Shown in pieces: positions 38,399-52,091 of a DNA stretch of 64,000 nt (its first letter is position 1; every line of letters starts with the position of its first letter). Origin of the DNA: Prorocentrum cordatum. Its lineage: Eukaryota. Below the pieces are notes generated by a model, which saw only the letters and a program-made list of their open reading frames with translations, ran no database searches and had not been told where the DNA came from. A program made the translations under genes and the position numbers. The stretch lies in assembly GCA_963575745.1 (NCBI GenBank), contig CAUYUJ010000060.1, positions 1 through 64,000 of the forward strand. Direction: 5' to 3'.

Positions 38399-38792
38399 AA
38401 CGACGACGAGGACGACGACGACGACGACGACGACGACGAAGAGGACGACGAGGACCAGGATGACGACGAGGACCACAAGGACGACGAAGACGACGACGAC
38501 CACAACGACGACTGAGACGACGACGAGGACGATGAGGACGACGACGACGCCGACGCCGACGACGACGGCGACGACGACGACGACGAGGATGACAAAGACT
38601 CAGGACGACGACGACGACGACGAGGACGACGACGGCGAGGAGGACGCGGACGACGACGCCGACAACGACCACGACGACTAAGGCGACGAGGACCACGACG
38701 ACGACTAAGACGACGAGGACCACGACGACGACCACGACGACGACCACGACGACGACCACGACGACGACCACGACGACGACCACGACGACGAG

Positions 38793-38827
<35 letters not shown>

Positions 38828-39743
38828 ACGACGGCGGACGACGCCGAGGACCACAAGGACGACGAGACCCACGACGATCACGACGACGACGACGACGCCA
38901 ACGCCGACCACGACGCCACCGCCGACGACGACGAGGAGGACGAGGACGACGACGACGAGGACGACGACAAAAACAACGACGACAACAACGACGACGAGGA
39001 GGACGAACGACGACGACGACGACACCGACGCCGACGAGGACGACGACAAGGAAAACGGCAAGGACCACGACTACGACGACGACCACGACGACCATGACGA
39101 CGACTAAGGCGACGAGGACCACGACGACGACGACGACTAAGGCGACGAGGACCCGACGACGACGAGGCCGCCGTTGACGACGAGGACGACCACGACCGAC
39201 GAGGGCGACGACGACGAGGACGATCCCGACGACGACGACGAGGACGACGATGACCATCCCGACCACGACGACGAGGAGGACGAGGACGACGTCGACGAGG
39301 ACGACTACGACGACGCCGACGAGGACGACGCCGACGAGGGCGACGACGACGACGCCGCCGACGACGACGACGAGGAGGGCGTCAACGACGACGACGACGA
39401 CGACCCCGACGACGACGACGAGGACGACGACGACCACGACGACGACGACGAGGACGACGAAGACGACGACCCCGACGACGACGGCGACGACGACGACGAC
39501 AACGACAACGGGGACCACAAGGACGACGAGGACCACGACGACGACGACGATGACGAGGATGACGACGACGACGACGACGACGACGAGCACGACGACGACG
39601 ACGCCGACGACGACGACGCCGACGAAGATGACGACGACGACGACGACGACGAGGACGTCAACAACGACGACGACGACGATGACCCCGACGACGACGACGA
39701 GGACGACGACGACGACCCTGACGCCGAGGACGACGACGACGAC

Positions 39744-39787
<44 letters not shown>

Positions 39788-39793
39788 ACGATG

Positions 39794-39828
<35 letters not shown>

Positions 39829-39960
39829 GGACAACAAGGACGACGAGGACCATGACGACGACGTTGACGACAACGAGGACGACGACGACGACGACGCCAA
39901 CGACGACGACGACGCCGCAACGACGACGACGACACCGACGCCGACGACGACGACGACGAG
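38072..39960. repeat. 1.9-kb imperfect (GAC)n microsatellite
   Basis: Direct reading. Stops in the poly-Asp frame (e.g. 38679, 38705, 39104, 39138) argue against coding. Confidence 0.95.
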
Positions 39961-40666
39961 GGCGTGGGGTGGTGGTACTCCTGACCGCTGGGAAATTTCT
40001 GGCTCGAGTTCCCAAATCTTCGACGACATGATGTCTTCCACCGGCGGTGTTTCCGCAACCTCGGCCTCTGGGGGGCCATCTGTGCGGCTCCGGGACCATC
40101 AAGGATGGATCCGGGACGAAAAACTACCGCCCGGGAAGCGCTCTGGACCTCTCGGGCCGCGGACTGGGGAAAAAAACAAAATCTGACTGGCGGATGCCAG
40201 GAGTTTGAAATCCTCTGACGTTTTCGTCGGTTCCTGTAGAGTTTCCCTCCTTGGGATCCGTTCTGGCAGCTGCGCCTCGCCGAGGGCGTTTCATTGATAC
40301 GTGGATCGTCCCGAATGGCCTCTGGACACCCGCATTATGACCCGAAAACCCTCGCGGCTTCGATGATGATGGTGGTGAGTGACGATGGCGGATGACGACG
40401 ACGACGACGACAACGACGACGACAACGAGCACGGTGACCAGAATGGTGGTGGTGGTGGTGTGGTCGTGGTCATGGTGGCGGTGGTGATGATGGTGGCGGT
40501 ATGGTGGCGGTGATGGTGTGGTGGCAGTCATGGTGGTGGTGATGATGCTGGTGGCGGTGGTAAGGTTGTCACCAGCATCTCCCGTCCCTGAAGTTCGACG
40601 AGGACGGGGATGCCGACGATCACAGCGAGAAACACATAGGGGCGGAGGGGGAGGAAATTGGACGCC

Positions 40667-40859
40667 CGAAATGGGTACGGAAAACATGGGTACAATGCCG
40701 AACGACACATGTTGTCCAAAACCGACAGCGGCCGCTGTTGGGCGGGTGGCTTTTTGTCTTCAAAGAACAACGCCCGCGGCGGCGCGGACAACGAGTCCTG
40801 TTCAGAATCAACAGGAACTGCTGTTGGGCATTGTACCCATTCTTTCCGTACCCCTTTCG
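40667..40859. mobile_element. 193-bp MITE-like element with 37-bp TIRs
   Basis: CGAAATGGGTACGGAAAACATGGGTACAATGCCGAAC matches the reverse complement of 40823-40859 at 33/37. Confidence 0.75.
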
Positions 40860-43189
40860 ATCCTCCTGAAGGAAGGAGACCCGCGCACCCCCACTCGTCA
40901 GCTCGGCCCCGGCCTGAGGATCGAGGCTCGAGGATCAGGGTCGAGAACAGAAGGCACTTGCTAAACAACTATGGGCATATTGCAGGCTCTGGGGGGGGGG
41001 GGGGCGAGAGGGTCTCTGAGAAGGTGCTCCGCCTCCTGGAGGAGGCGGCGATTCCCCCTGTTTGACAGTGACCTTGCCGCTGTCTGGCCCCCTCCGCCTC
41101 TCTTCCCTCCTGGAGAGGTTGCAGAACGCACGGACACGATGATGACTCACAGGGGGGTGGGAGGGTGACCAAAACTACAACAGGGGCTCGGCCACAAGAA
41201 ACCTTCCACAAAAAACCCAACCCTGAGACCCCAGGACGTCCCTCGATTTCTGGTGAGGGAACGTCGCGTTCTCCACCGCAAGAACTTCGAAACCCAAGAA
41301 GCCCAGGGCACCCTGGAGGCAAGCAGGGTGCTTCTTGACATGGGCCTCCACTGTAGAAGCACTGCACACACCGAAACGTTCAAAAGACCGCGCTGACTTC
41401 TTGCATCAGCGCTTGGGCCCGCCTCCCTGGAGCGCGGAGCGCGCCAGGGTCGACGCCCGAGTCGCCGCCGGGAGGGCCCGGCGCAGGCCCAAGAGAAACC
41501 GCGTTTGAGCTGGCTCTCTTCTTCGGTCGGTGGTGGGGCAGAGGGAGGCCAGGGCGAGGAGAAGCAGCGGGAGGAGGGAAGGGTCGGGGATTGCTGAAGG
41601 TGCCCCTGGCCCAAGGTGCCCCCAGCTTTCCGCTCCATTCTTGAGCCCCTGGGGCCCTCTGGGCCCCGTGAGGGGTGCTCTACAGACCGCGGGGGCATCA
41701 TTGGAAATCCTGGGGGCGCCTTGGGCCGGGGGCACGTCTAGCCAACTTCTACTGGTCATCGCTCGGACGTCCATTCCCAGTGCCTTTTTCAGTTTCGTGC
41801 GTGGCTTTTTCTTCAGATGATCAAGGATGCTCCTGCGATGGTCCTCGCCGAAGGAAAAGGGCACACGCCCGAGCGATGCCAACTTCCAGCAACACCCGCA
41901 GGGGGGCAGGGCAGGGGCCGGCACGCGGAGGGGCAGGGGAGGCGCAGCGCTCGAGCCTCGCCTGCCGCCGCCCTGCCTCTCCCTGGGGCCACGGGACGGG
42001 GAGGGGGGGCAGCGGCGCCGAGGCGTGAGCACCGGCATGGGCAGCATATCTGGGCAGCCGCTGGGGAGGGAGCACGAGGAGCACTCGCCATCGCTCGGAC
42101 GTCCATTCCCTGTGTTTTCTTGTCGGTTTCGCGCGTGGATTTGTCGCCAAATGATCAAGGATGCTCCTCGATGGCCCTCGCCGAATGAAAAATGCACACG
42201 TCCGAGCGATGCCAAGAGAACGGGGAGGGGGGGAGTCTCGGAGGAAGAGGTACCCATACCTCTACCCCCTCGCCCGTCCTCCCCTTTCTGGGGCCTCCTG
42301 GGCGGCCCTCGTCGCCACCGCTGGGTTCGCCTCGGAATCCTGGTCAGATCGCACCCCGGGATAAGTCCGTAGAGTGTATCGGTACCTTTTGGTTTCTCCG
42401 GGGGATCGGCAGCAGCAGGGCAGCAACCGGGGAGGGAGCACGAGGAGAACGGGGAGTGGGTCCTCCTACTGGGGAGGGAGCACGAGGAGAACGGGGAGGG
42501 GGTCCTCCTCCTCCTCCTCCTCCACCTCCTCCTCCTCCTCCTCCTCCTCCTCCTCCTCCTCCTCCTCCTCCTCCTCCGCCTCCGCCTCCGCCTCCGCCTC
42601 CACCTGCGCCTCCGTCTCCGCCTCCGCCTCCTCCTCCTCCGGAGCCGCGGGAGTTGGAAGCGCAGGAGAGGGGAGAAATGCGGGAAGCGGAGAGGCAGGA
42701 GGAGAGGCACGCTGAGGGGGCGCCAAGAAGTGCCGAGTATCCCGTCGGGTGTTCGCTGACGAGGGGGGCAACAAGCGGTCGGGGGGGGGGGGGGGAAACG
42801 TGAAGAATGGTTACGCCGTTCGTACGCCGTCGGAGCCCGCGGTTGACATGAGAGAACATGGTCCACCGCCGCTTTACTGTGGAAAATTCCCCCTCTTCCT
42901 CCGGAACCCAAGGGTCCCCGGGGGTCCCCCCCCCTTCGAAAATCCCCCCCCTGCTGGACCCTCCCCCTCCTGCCGGCAACCCCCCCCCCTCTTACCCCCC
43001 CCCCACACCCCCTTCGGAAAACCAGGGGGGGGTCACTACCTGTTCGAACCCCCCCCCCCTCCAGAAAACTGGGCGGGGTCACTCCCGGTTCGAACCCCCG
43101 CCCCCCCCTCCAGAAAACCGAGGGGGGTCACTAGCGGTTCGAACCCCCACCCCCCACCCCCCACTCACCGCCGGCAAACGACTCCCGGG

Positions 43190-44177
43190 TCCCCACCACC
43201 GTCCGCACCACATCCCCCACTGCTGTCCCCAGCACCACTGTCCCCACCACCACCACTGTCCCCACTGTTCCCACCACCGTCCCCACTGTCCCCACCAGTG
43301 CCCCCACCACTGTCGCACTGTCCCCACTGTCCCCACCACTGTTCCCACCACGGTCCACTATCCCCACTTTCCCCACGGTCCCCACCACTGTCCCACTGTC
43401 CCCACTGTCCACACTGTCCCACTGTCCCACTGTCCCCGCCGCTGTCCCACTGAGCTGTCCCACTGTTCCCACCACTGTCCCCACTGTCCCCACCACTGTC
43501 CCCACTGTACCTCTGTCCCATTGTCCCACCACCGTCCTCGCCACCGCCCTCACCGCTGTCCCCACCACCACTGTCCCCACCACTGTCCCACTGTCCCCAC
43601 CACTGTCCCACTGTCCCCACACCACTGTCCCCAGCACTGCCGTCCCCACTACTGTCCCACAGTCCCCACAACTGTCCCACCGTCCCCACTGTTCCAACCA
43701 TTGTCCCCGTTGTCCCCACCAGTGCCCCCACCAGTGTCCCACTGTCCCCACTCTCCCAACCATTGTCCCACCACGGTCCCACTCTCCCCTCTTTCCCCAC
43801 GGTTCCCACCACTGTCCCACTGTCCCCACTGTTCCCACCACTATCCCACTGTCCTCAGTCCCCGCCGCTGTCCCACTGTGTTATCCCACTGTCCCCAGTC
43901 CCCACCACTGTCCCACTGTCCCCACTGTCCCCACGACTCTCACCACTGTACTACTGTCCCACCACCGTCGTCACCACCGCCTTCACCACTGTCCCCACCA
44001 CTGCCGTCCCCTCCCACTGTCCCCACCACTGTCCCGCTGTCCCCTCACCGCTGTCCCCACCACCACCGTCCCCACCACTGTCCCACTGTCCGCACCACTG
44101 TCCCACTGTCCCCACACCACAGTCCCCACCACCGTCCCCACCACTGTCCCAGTATCCACACCACTGTCCCACTGTCT
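43190..44177. repeat. Minisatellite of 8-12-bp CCCACTGTC-type units
   Basis: Direct reading. Confidence 0.92.
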
Positions 44178-44989
44178 CGAGGAGCGGAAATCGTTTTGTC
44201 GGCGGCGAGGCGGGAGGGGGTGAGGGGGTTCGAAGCGGTAGTGACCCCCCCCTTTTCATGATGGACTAATTCGGGGGGGGGTTCTAACCGGTAGTGACCC
44301 CCCGCCGGTTTGGGAGGAGGGGGGGAGACGGGTTGGGCACCCCCCAGTGACCCCCCCCTCCGTTTTCCGCCAGCAGCGGTAGAACACGCTCTTTCGCAGC
44401 GTAAGAACCACTGATGCCCACGTCTGTTGCCTCCCGCTGCGGGGCGATAAGCGGGGGGGGGAGAGAAACGTGAAGAAATGGTTACACCGTTCGTACGTCT
44501 TCGGGGCCCGCGTTTTCACTGAGGTCCACGTATGCTGCCCCCCGCCGCCGTCCGCCCGACCGATGCCGCCGCTCCCTGGACCTCTCCCGGGGTGCGTTCT
44601 GGCCAGGGCTTCGGGGCGAATCCCGCCTGTAGCGTCGAGGGACGGGCGACGACGTCGACATCTTTCCTCCCCTGAGAGAAGGAGGAGGAGGAGGAGGAGG
44701 AGGAGGAGGAGGAGGAGGAGGAGGAGGGGCAAGAGAAGGGGGAGAAGGAGGAGGAGGAGGAGGAGGAGGAGGAGGAGGAGGGGGAGGCGGAGAAGGCGGT
44801 GAGGAGGAGGAGAAGGATGAGGAGGATGGGGAGGAGGTGGGGAGGAGGAGGAGGAGAAGGAGGAGGAGGAGAAGGAGGAGGAGGGGGAGGAGGAGGAGGA
44901 GGAGGAGGAGGAGGAGGAGGAGGAGGAGGAGGAGGGGCAAGAGAAGGGGGAGAAGGAGGAGGAGGAGGAGGAGGAGGAGGAGGGAAGTA

Positions 44990-47409
44990 CAAGGCCCACC
45001 CTACGGCCCACAGCACTCGAGCACAACGTTGGAGGAAGATGACGACCAAACGGGGAACGATGGCCAACATGAAGCTGACTAACAAGAGCCACCAGTCGAG
45101 GCTTGCGGCTACCAATGCTGTTCCTACTGTGGTGTATGGTACGGAGGTTAATGCGTTCAGCCCAGCACAATTATTTTTGCCTCAGATCTCAGATATCTAA
45201 ATTTTGTGGGCAAAACAAAACATGCGTGGATTGAACATGGAGCTGGGATGGGCACTGTCGAAGGTCAAGGACCCAGTGCATGTGACGTCAGCTACTACTG
45301 AGAGATATTGCGCGGAATGGTGGATGCCTACCGCACCGAGGGGTGATCTGCAGCATCTACATGCTGATGCACTGGGGGTGGAGCGCCTGACCAAGTTGTA
45401 CAGAGCTGCCCAGGCCAGGTTTAATCCAACCAGTGCTACGAATTTCTGGTTTAAAGAGAGTCGGGGCCCAATAAGTGACCCTCTCCTGTGGTGTCGTGAG
45501 GTTGGTTGGTCCCTGGAGGGCCTGTCCGAATTTCAAGATCTTAGAATTAACTTGCTGGATGCCACCACGCTAGCCCCTTCTTTCATAGCTAAGCAAGTTG
45601 AGCAGCAATGTAAGAATGCCAGGGTCCAGAATGTTGCGAGAGCTGTTTATGAAGCCCACCCCAACCCTGATTCAGAGGCTTTCTTGAGCCAGGGCCCCTG
45701 GTGGGAGCTCAGTTTCAAAACTCTGAACAGCAACCACCACCCCACCCACAACCAGGTCCAGTGCTGCAGGCAGGTTTTGGAGGGTGCGTCCCCACTGCTA
45801 CTAACCTCAGAAAGTGGGGTTACAGTGTGGACCCATTGTGCCCCCATGGGTGTGGGAAGGGAGGCACGGTCTTCCACAGGCGTTTTGAATGCAGGTGTGC
45901 GAGAGAAGCTAGAGCGGAGATGTGTTTCGGATGGCATCTTACAGCAAGCCCTCACAGCAGGTCCAATCAATCTTCTGTTCTCCAGCGGCTGGCTGGCTCG
46001 GATCGATGTGCCTGCCCCGTCTGATATCTACGCCATTTGCTACATCAAGGACGGTGTGCAGGTAGGGCCGTTCGAAGTCGACCCCGAGGATCGGCGTTAT
46101 GAAGATGGTCCCTGCCTCGGACCTAGTGAAGGGTGCTTGGCTAGGACGGGGTGGGGTCTGCCGTGGCCTGGCCCGACGGATCTATGTAATGTGCCAGGCG
46201 TGCTTGGCCAGAGCTCGGCTGTTGGTCAGCTGCGCCACTTCCCAAGGTCGCAGCGCGCCACTGCTCTGCGCAACCTTGACGCATACGACATGAAGGTGCC
46301 CAACACACTCGGCATAGACAAAACCAGACATGCGCAGGCGTCACATGCGTTACCCCGAAGGGTGCACCACATCTGGCGGCGTGCCAAGCCAAAGCACATC
46401 GCAGTCGTGCACGCGCGCGCGCACATCAGGCACGCGTCGGGGGCGACGGGGCCCAGCATGTTGTTGACGTCAACGCCCTTTCTGGGGGGGGGGCAAGGCG
46501 TCCCCCTTGTTGGTGCCCTGGGCCCAAAAGAACGACTGCGGTCACGTTTGGAGGCAGGCTGCTCCTTGCCGTCGCTCGGACGTCCATTCCCTGTGCGGCT
46601 TTCGGTTATGTGCGTGCGTTTCGTGCTCGATGATCCAGGATGCTCTTCGATGGTCCTCGCCGAGAAAAGATGCACACGTCCGAGCGATGCCAAGGCTCAG
46701 GGTTTAGACCCCTCGAGTTGGGTCAGCTTCCACACAAAGTGAAGGCCCACCGAGAGGAAAAAGCGCGGCAATCGACTCGGCCGACCTGCGGGACATCCTC
46801 GGGGACAAGGCTGCCGACTGGCTGGCGGGACAAGGCGCGCGCAGGCAGGAGTTCGATCAGTCAACGATCGATGTGCTCAATGCAGCGCTAATATCGTACA
46901 GGGCCCTGTTCCTCGGCATGGGTAAAATCTTGGCCGTGTGGCCCCCCACCTCGGAACTGTTTCAGATCGGCAGGGGATGTGTGCGTCCTCGCCTCGGTAG
47001 GCCCATGAACTCACATGTCCCTCGCTGGCACGTAGATCACTGGAGATGCGCGTGCTGTTTAAGGAAGGTCTCTGTACTCACCAAGACCACCTGCCGTGCC
47101 TTGACCCCGTCCCTTGTCAGTGTCCTGAGGGCTCCCGATAAGTTCGGGCACTGCCTGCACGTGTCCTGGGTTGTGGGCTCGGATGTCCCCGTGGTGTGGT
47201 GCACTCGGTGTGGACACTATGGGACGCCAAAGGCACTGTCTTTGGGGAGGAAGTGTGTAGAGAACTTCAAATCTAAAGAAAGGAGGCAGTTTATGAATGG
47301 TAAGCTGCCGATGTCTCCATGTCTGCTGCACGGTACCATTCCAGTCAATGATAGTGTGTGGGGCAGGTGCAACTATTTTGCGTCCAGGGTGATCTCCCAG
47401 TCCCCTTGA
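44990..47409 (+). pseudogene. 5'-truncated LINE fragment: post-RT region, RNase H and Cys-rich C-terminus
   Basis: PTVVYGTEV, then RNase H-like YEDGPCLG...ARTGWG, PGVLGQSS, KVKAH and GDKAADWLA, then WRCACC and VVWCTRCGHYG. An unrelated insertion lies at ~46240-46700. Confidence 0.7.
46565..46694. mobile_element. ~130-bp inverted-repeat element; copies at ~41755-41883 and ~42087-42215
   Basis: The ends TCGCTCGGACGT...ACGTCCGAGCGA and the internal GGATGCTC.TCGATGG.CCTCGCCGA are shared by three copies. Confidence 0.7.
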
Positions 47410-47634
47410 GCTGGGCTAGTGCCTACGTGATGTGTTGCACATACGTGATTCATCTGAACTGGTCTCTATCAGGAGGAGAAGGAGGATGAGGAGGATGAGG
47501 AGGAGGAGGAGGACGAGGAGGAGGAGGGAGGAGGAGCAGGAGGAGAAGGAGGAGACGAGCTGGGGAGCCATTGTGGCTTCCAGAAACGAAAGCTGGGAGT
47601 CGCGGGCAGCGAGGCAAACCTGGCGGCCACCCCC

Positions 47635-48359
47635 TCACTGCACCAGCCAGGCCGCGACTGCGAGGAGCACGGCAGCGCCGAGTCCCGCACGCGCCGAAGC
47701 GCTGTGCATGGTGCAGTGGAGGCGGCCCATGACGACCGGCGAAGCCTCCTTCAAGATGTTCATGGCGGCCTCCTTGAGCGCCAAATTCTCCATGTAGGCC
47801 ATGTTCAGCAGGGCCGAAGCGCGAGCGCCCATCCTCTCCTGGATGAAGGCGGGGTACTTCGCAGTGACGCTCGGCACGATCTTGCTCATGTCGTCGAGCT
47901 TCTGTTTTTGATGTGCCAGGCTCTGGTACGCTGGGGCCATGGCGGCGGTGACCGTGCTGGTGAGGTAGCCGCATGCCTCGCTCATCTGCAGGTTGGCCAG
48001 GTGGGCCGTGTCGATCTGAGTGAGGTGGCTCCGAAACTCGACGCTGCCCGTCACTCCGTGGATGGCCTGGGCCAACCTGAGAGTGAGCTTCTCGCCGTTG
48101 GATTTGTCCCATCCCTCCAGACGGGTCATCTGGTAGTCCTTCGCCTGCTCGAAGGTCCTGATCTCGCCCATGGTCTCGTTCAGGGTGCGGGACAGCAGTG
48201 CCAGGAACTGGTGGTTGTCGTAGTCGAGGTGGTTGTTCTTGAAGGTGTCCACCTTGTGCTTGATTGCCTCGAGCATCCTGGCGGAGGCGAGGGCCAGCTT
48301 CGAGCGCGAGTTGTCGAGCTTCTCCTCGACCCAAATGGCGGTCATCTCCGCCGACCCCC
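47635..48359 (-). CDS. Terminal exon (~240 aa) of an unknown helical protein with a C-terminal hydrophobic, GPI-anchor-like signal
   Basis: An uninterrupted ORF with strong GC3 bias and a CAG|G acceptor at 48360. It ends HSASARAGLGAAVLLAVAAWLVQ*. Confidence 0.8.
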
Positions 48360-48979
48360 CTGAGGGTCACCAGGCGTTTAAGATCCCCTCCCCGCAGAAA
48401 ACGCATCCACACCACAGGGCCCCCCGCGGGGGGTGGGTCCGAGAGGCCACTTCCCCCGAGGCGGATCCCCGGTGGCCCACGGAGGGCCCCTGGAGGCCGC
48501 GAGGAGGCGGCTCAGAAAACCTCCAAGACTGCGCAGGAGGAACAGGAGGCAGGGAGACGCGCCAGCAGGCCCGGGGAGGGGCCCCAGACGGTCCACACCC
48601 ATCGGGAAACACGATGTGGTCTTGTGCTGGTCTTGCTTGTCATAATGATCGATCCAGCACGGGAACGGGAAGAGCCGAGCAGGCCTCAAGATTGCCCAAG
48701 AATCCCCAAGGCGGCCCGAGGAGGCCCCAAGGCGATCCAAGAGGACCTCCGGAGGGGTGCGAGACGACCCAACAGCGCCGCCCAAACAGCCCCCGGCAGC
48801 ACCATGAAGGCTCCAAGAAGCCCCAGAGGACCCAGGGCGGCACGAGCAAGCCCGAAGGGGACAACGAGAACCCCTCCCCTCCTTTCTCCGGCGCAGAGAG
48901 GGGAGGGGGGAGGTCCGCCCCCCCCGAAAGGGGGTACAGGGCACGGGGGGGGGGGGACCCCCCCCCCCTCCCCCCCCCC

Positions 48980-49021
48980 GGTAAAGTTCTCAGCGTCGAC
49001 CAGTGGCGCCCTCTCCATGTC
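48980..49021 (-). CDS. Possible upstream exon (D)MERAPLVDAENFT(G) of the GPI-like gene
   Basis: CAG acceptor, and the phase-1 end matches the phase of 48359. A G-run is repeated at both intron borders and the donor would be non-canonical GG. Confidence 0.35.
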
Positions 49022-49346
49022 TGCACGACGCACTCATCATTGCTCTCCGGGTGGTGCCAGCGCCCGCCGGGCCGCCGCGCTGAGGAGGATGCGGCAGGGG
49101 AGGCGCCCCACGCGGGGAGGCGCGGGCGCCGAGCTCGGGGGCGGACGGCCCGAGCCGCTGAGCCGCCCGCGTAGCCGCTCGCGGGGGCGCGGCTCGGAGG
49201 CGAGGGGCCCGAGCCGCTGAGTGCTCAGTGCGATCACCTCCCCTCCTCCCTCCTTCGGGGGCCCGGGGGCCCCATTGTGCGCATGCTAATGTACGACGGC
49301 TGCGCCGAGCACCGCTCCCAGACCGTTACGGCCTTACCCTACCCCG

Positions 49347-49406
<60 letters not shown>

Positions 49407-49474
49407 GCATCATCATCATCATCATCATCATCGTCATCATCATCATCATCATCATCATCAGCATCATCATCATC

Positions 49475-49540
<66 letters not shown>

Positions 49541-49700
49541 GCCCTTTCATCGTTCTCCTTCACCGCCTTCCCATCATTATGATTATCCTCGTTGCCCTCG
49601 TCCCTTCCCTCCTTTGCCCCTGCGCTGAACATTCTTATGTTTGTGAGCCAAGGTATGCAGCGGCCAATCGCGGTCTCAAGGTTTTGAGGGGGCCGCGGAT

Positions 49701-50148
49701 TTAGCGCCGGCCGAATGAATTCTGAGGCGGCAGCTTCGCGAAGCTGTCGAGGGCGCTGGTAATGTTGTCAAAGTCCTCCCTAGAAATGTCCAGCAGCCGC
49801 ACGGCATCGTCCTCAGACAAGGTACCGTTCGCGATTGCCTCCCTGCGCAGGGTGTCGGCATCTTCGGCGAGCCTCACTTGGGTTTCGTGCTCCACTGCGG
49901 ACCGGTGGTGCTGGTACATCTTCTCCTTCGCGAGGGCACCGTCAACCTGCTTGCGCGCGCTCGCAAACAGCTTGGCCTCCTGATTTTCCTCCTTGGCGAG
50001 CTCTTTCTCCATTTTGCGCTCGATATTCTGCTGGCGTACGTAGTCTGGGTCGACAACCCAGCGCCCGCCGAGCTCACGATCCGCCTGAAGAATGAATTCA
50101 GCCAGAACAAACCGGTTATTTGCAAGGGCGCAGATAGATTCTGACATG
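49701..50148 (-). CDS. Hypothetical charged helical protein fragment (terminal exon or TE-derived)
   Basis: About 150 codons of natural-looking sequence (...RQQNIERKMEKELAKEENQEAKLF...). No recognised family. Confidence 0.45.
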
Positions 50149-50504
50149 TCCAATGGTATGTAACTGTGTCTTGTTAGGGTGCTCTGATCCCCATTCCCAA
50201 TGTTGGAACGCTCATTATTGGCACGGCTTCTCTTTTTGTTTTCTTGAAAGCACACACACACAAAACACCTAAACAACAAAGAACAAGAAGCGTTAAGCAG
50301 TAGCTACGGGAAGTGGAAGTAGACGTGTAAGAATGCGCACGCTACGAGGGAAGCACAGGCGCGCGCCCTTTTCACCTACTCGCAGCCGAGTCATAGCGGC
50401 GTACGACCAAAAATCGATGTCAATGACCAGCAGGCGGCAGCTGAGCGTGGCGGCGGCGGCGGAGAACGGGCAGAGAAGGAGCTGTATTAACTAAATCCCG
50501 AATA

Positions 50505-51900
50505 GACCAGAAGACTGAAATGAACTGGAGCGGAGTGGACTAAAGTATACTGGACTGGAACAGACTGGACTGGACGTGGGTGGACTCTACTACACCCTAC
50601 TCTACTCTACTATGGTAGACCCGACTCTACTCTCTACTCTACCGTCCATCATGCTCTACTCGGCTCGGCTCTTCTCTGTTCTACTCTTCTCTGCTCTGCC
50701 CTACCCTACCGTACACTATCCGTAACGTGCTCCACTCTACTCAACCCTACTCTACTCGTTTCGACTGAAAATCTAGTGTACGAGACTCCAGCTCTACTCG
50801 ATTATCGCATGCGATCGCCTACTCTACTCTGCTCTGCTCTGCTCGGCTCTACTCTATACTCTGCTCTACTCGGCCATTTGTCCTACATTCTACTCTGCCC
50901 TTCGCTACCCTACTGCATTATACTCTACCCTTCGCTACCCTACTGCACTCTACTCTACTTTACCCGGCTCTGCTCTACTCTGCTCTACTCTACTCGACTG
51001 TAATCCTCCGACTATCCAGACCCGACTCTTATCTGCTCTACGCTACATCTGCCCTACTCTGTGCTATCAGCCTCGGCTCTTGCCTACCATGGTTTACCGT
51101 ACTCTATGCGTGTCTGTTCTTCTCTGCCTTAATGAGCACTCCTACACTACTTTGACCTATTCTACTCCTACTCTACTCTAGTCGATTCTCCTCTCCTCTA
51201 CGCTACTCTACTCTACTCCACTCTGCTCGCCTCTACTCGACTCCACTCTTTTACGCTCGACTCGCTGCGCGACTCTACTCTACTCAATGTCTCTCGACTC
51301 TACTCCACCCTCTACTCAATGATGCTCGACTCTACTCTATCCTGGACCCTACTCGACTCGACCCTACCTACGATTCCCTGCCCTATCCTAGCCTACCCTG
51401 CTCTACCCTATTGTACTTTATGTATCAGTATGGGGTCTGGTCTACTATACTCTAATACGTCATATGTTAACATCATCTACCCTGCTCTACTCTGCTCAAC
51501 TCTAACATCATCTACCCTGCCCTACTCAAATCTAGTCTGGTATACCCAACTCTACTCTGTATTCGACTCTACTCTACCGTGCTCTGTCCTTTCCTACTCT
51601 ACTCTGCTCAACCCTATCCTAACCTAACCTACCCTTCTCTTCGCTACTCCAGCTCTGCTCTACTCTACCCCGATTGGACTCTGCTCGGTTCTCGTCTCCT
51701 CTACTCTCATATCTACTCTACTCTCCTCCTACTCCTACTAATGATTCGGCGACTCTACTCTGCTCTACTACGCTCTGCTCAATTCTAAACAACTGCTCTA
51801 GTCTCCTCTACTCTAACCTGAACTATTCTACTCCGATAATTACACTGCTCTACTCGCCTCTCTTCTACTCTACTCGATTATACTCTACTCTTACTCTCCT
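50505..51900. repeat. Degenerate pentamer satellite (CTACT)n, preceded by (GACTG)n
   Basis: Direct reading. Confidence 0.9.
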
Positions 51901-52091
51901 TCTGAATTTGACGACAGTTGGACGATTGGGGGGTCGCCACTGGATTAACCACATGAAGCCATTGTAATATCAGAGGAGGCCATTGCAACCAGTACACCCG
52001 CGTTGGACAAAATAGGGGGGACGCTGTGGCAACCATTTGGAGCAAAAGATAAAGCAATCATTGGACCAGCTCTATAGGGATGGAGATATAG

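Noticed and set aside
45204..46742. 512-aa ORF as an intact gene
   Set aside because: It is a chimera of frameshifted LINE sequence and an inserted repeat.
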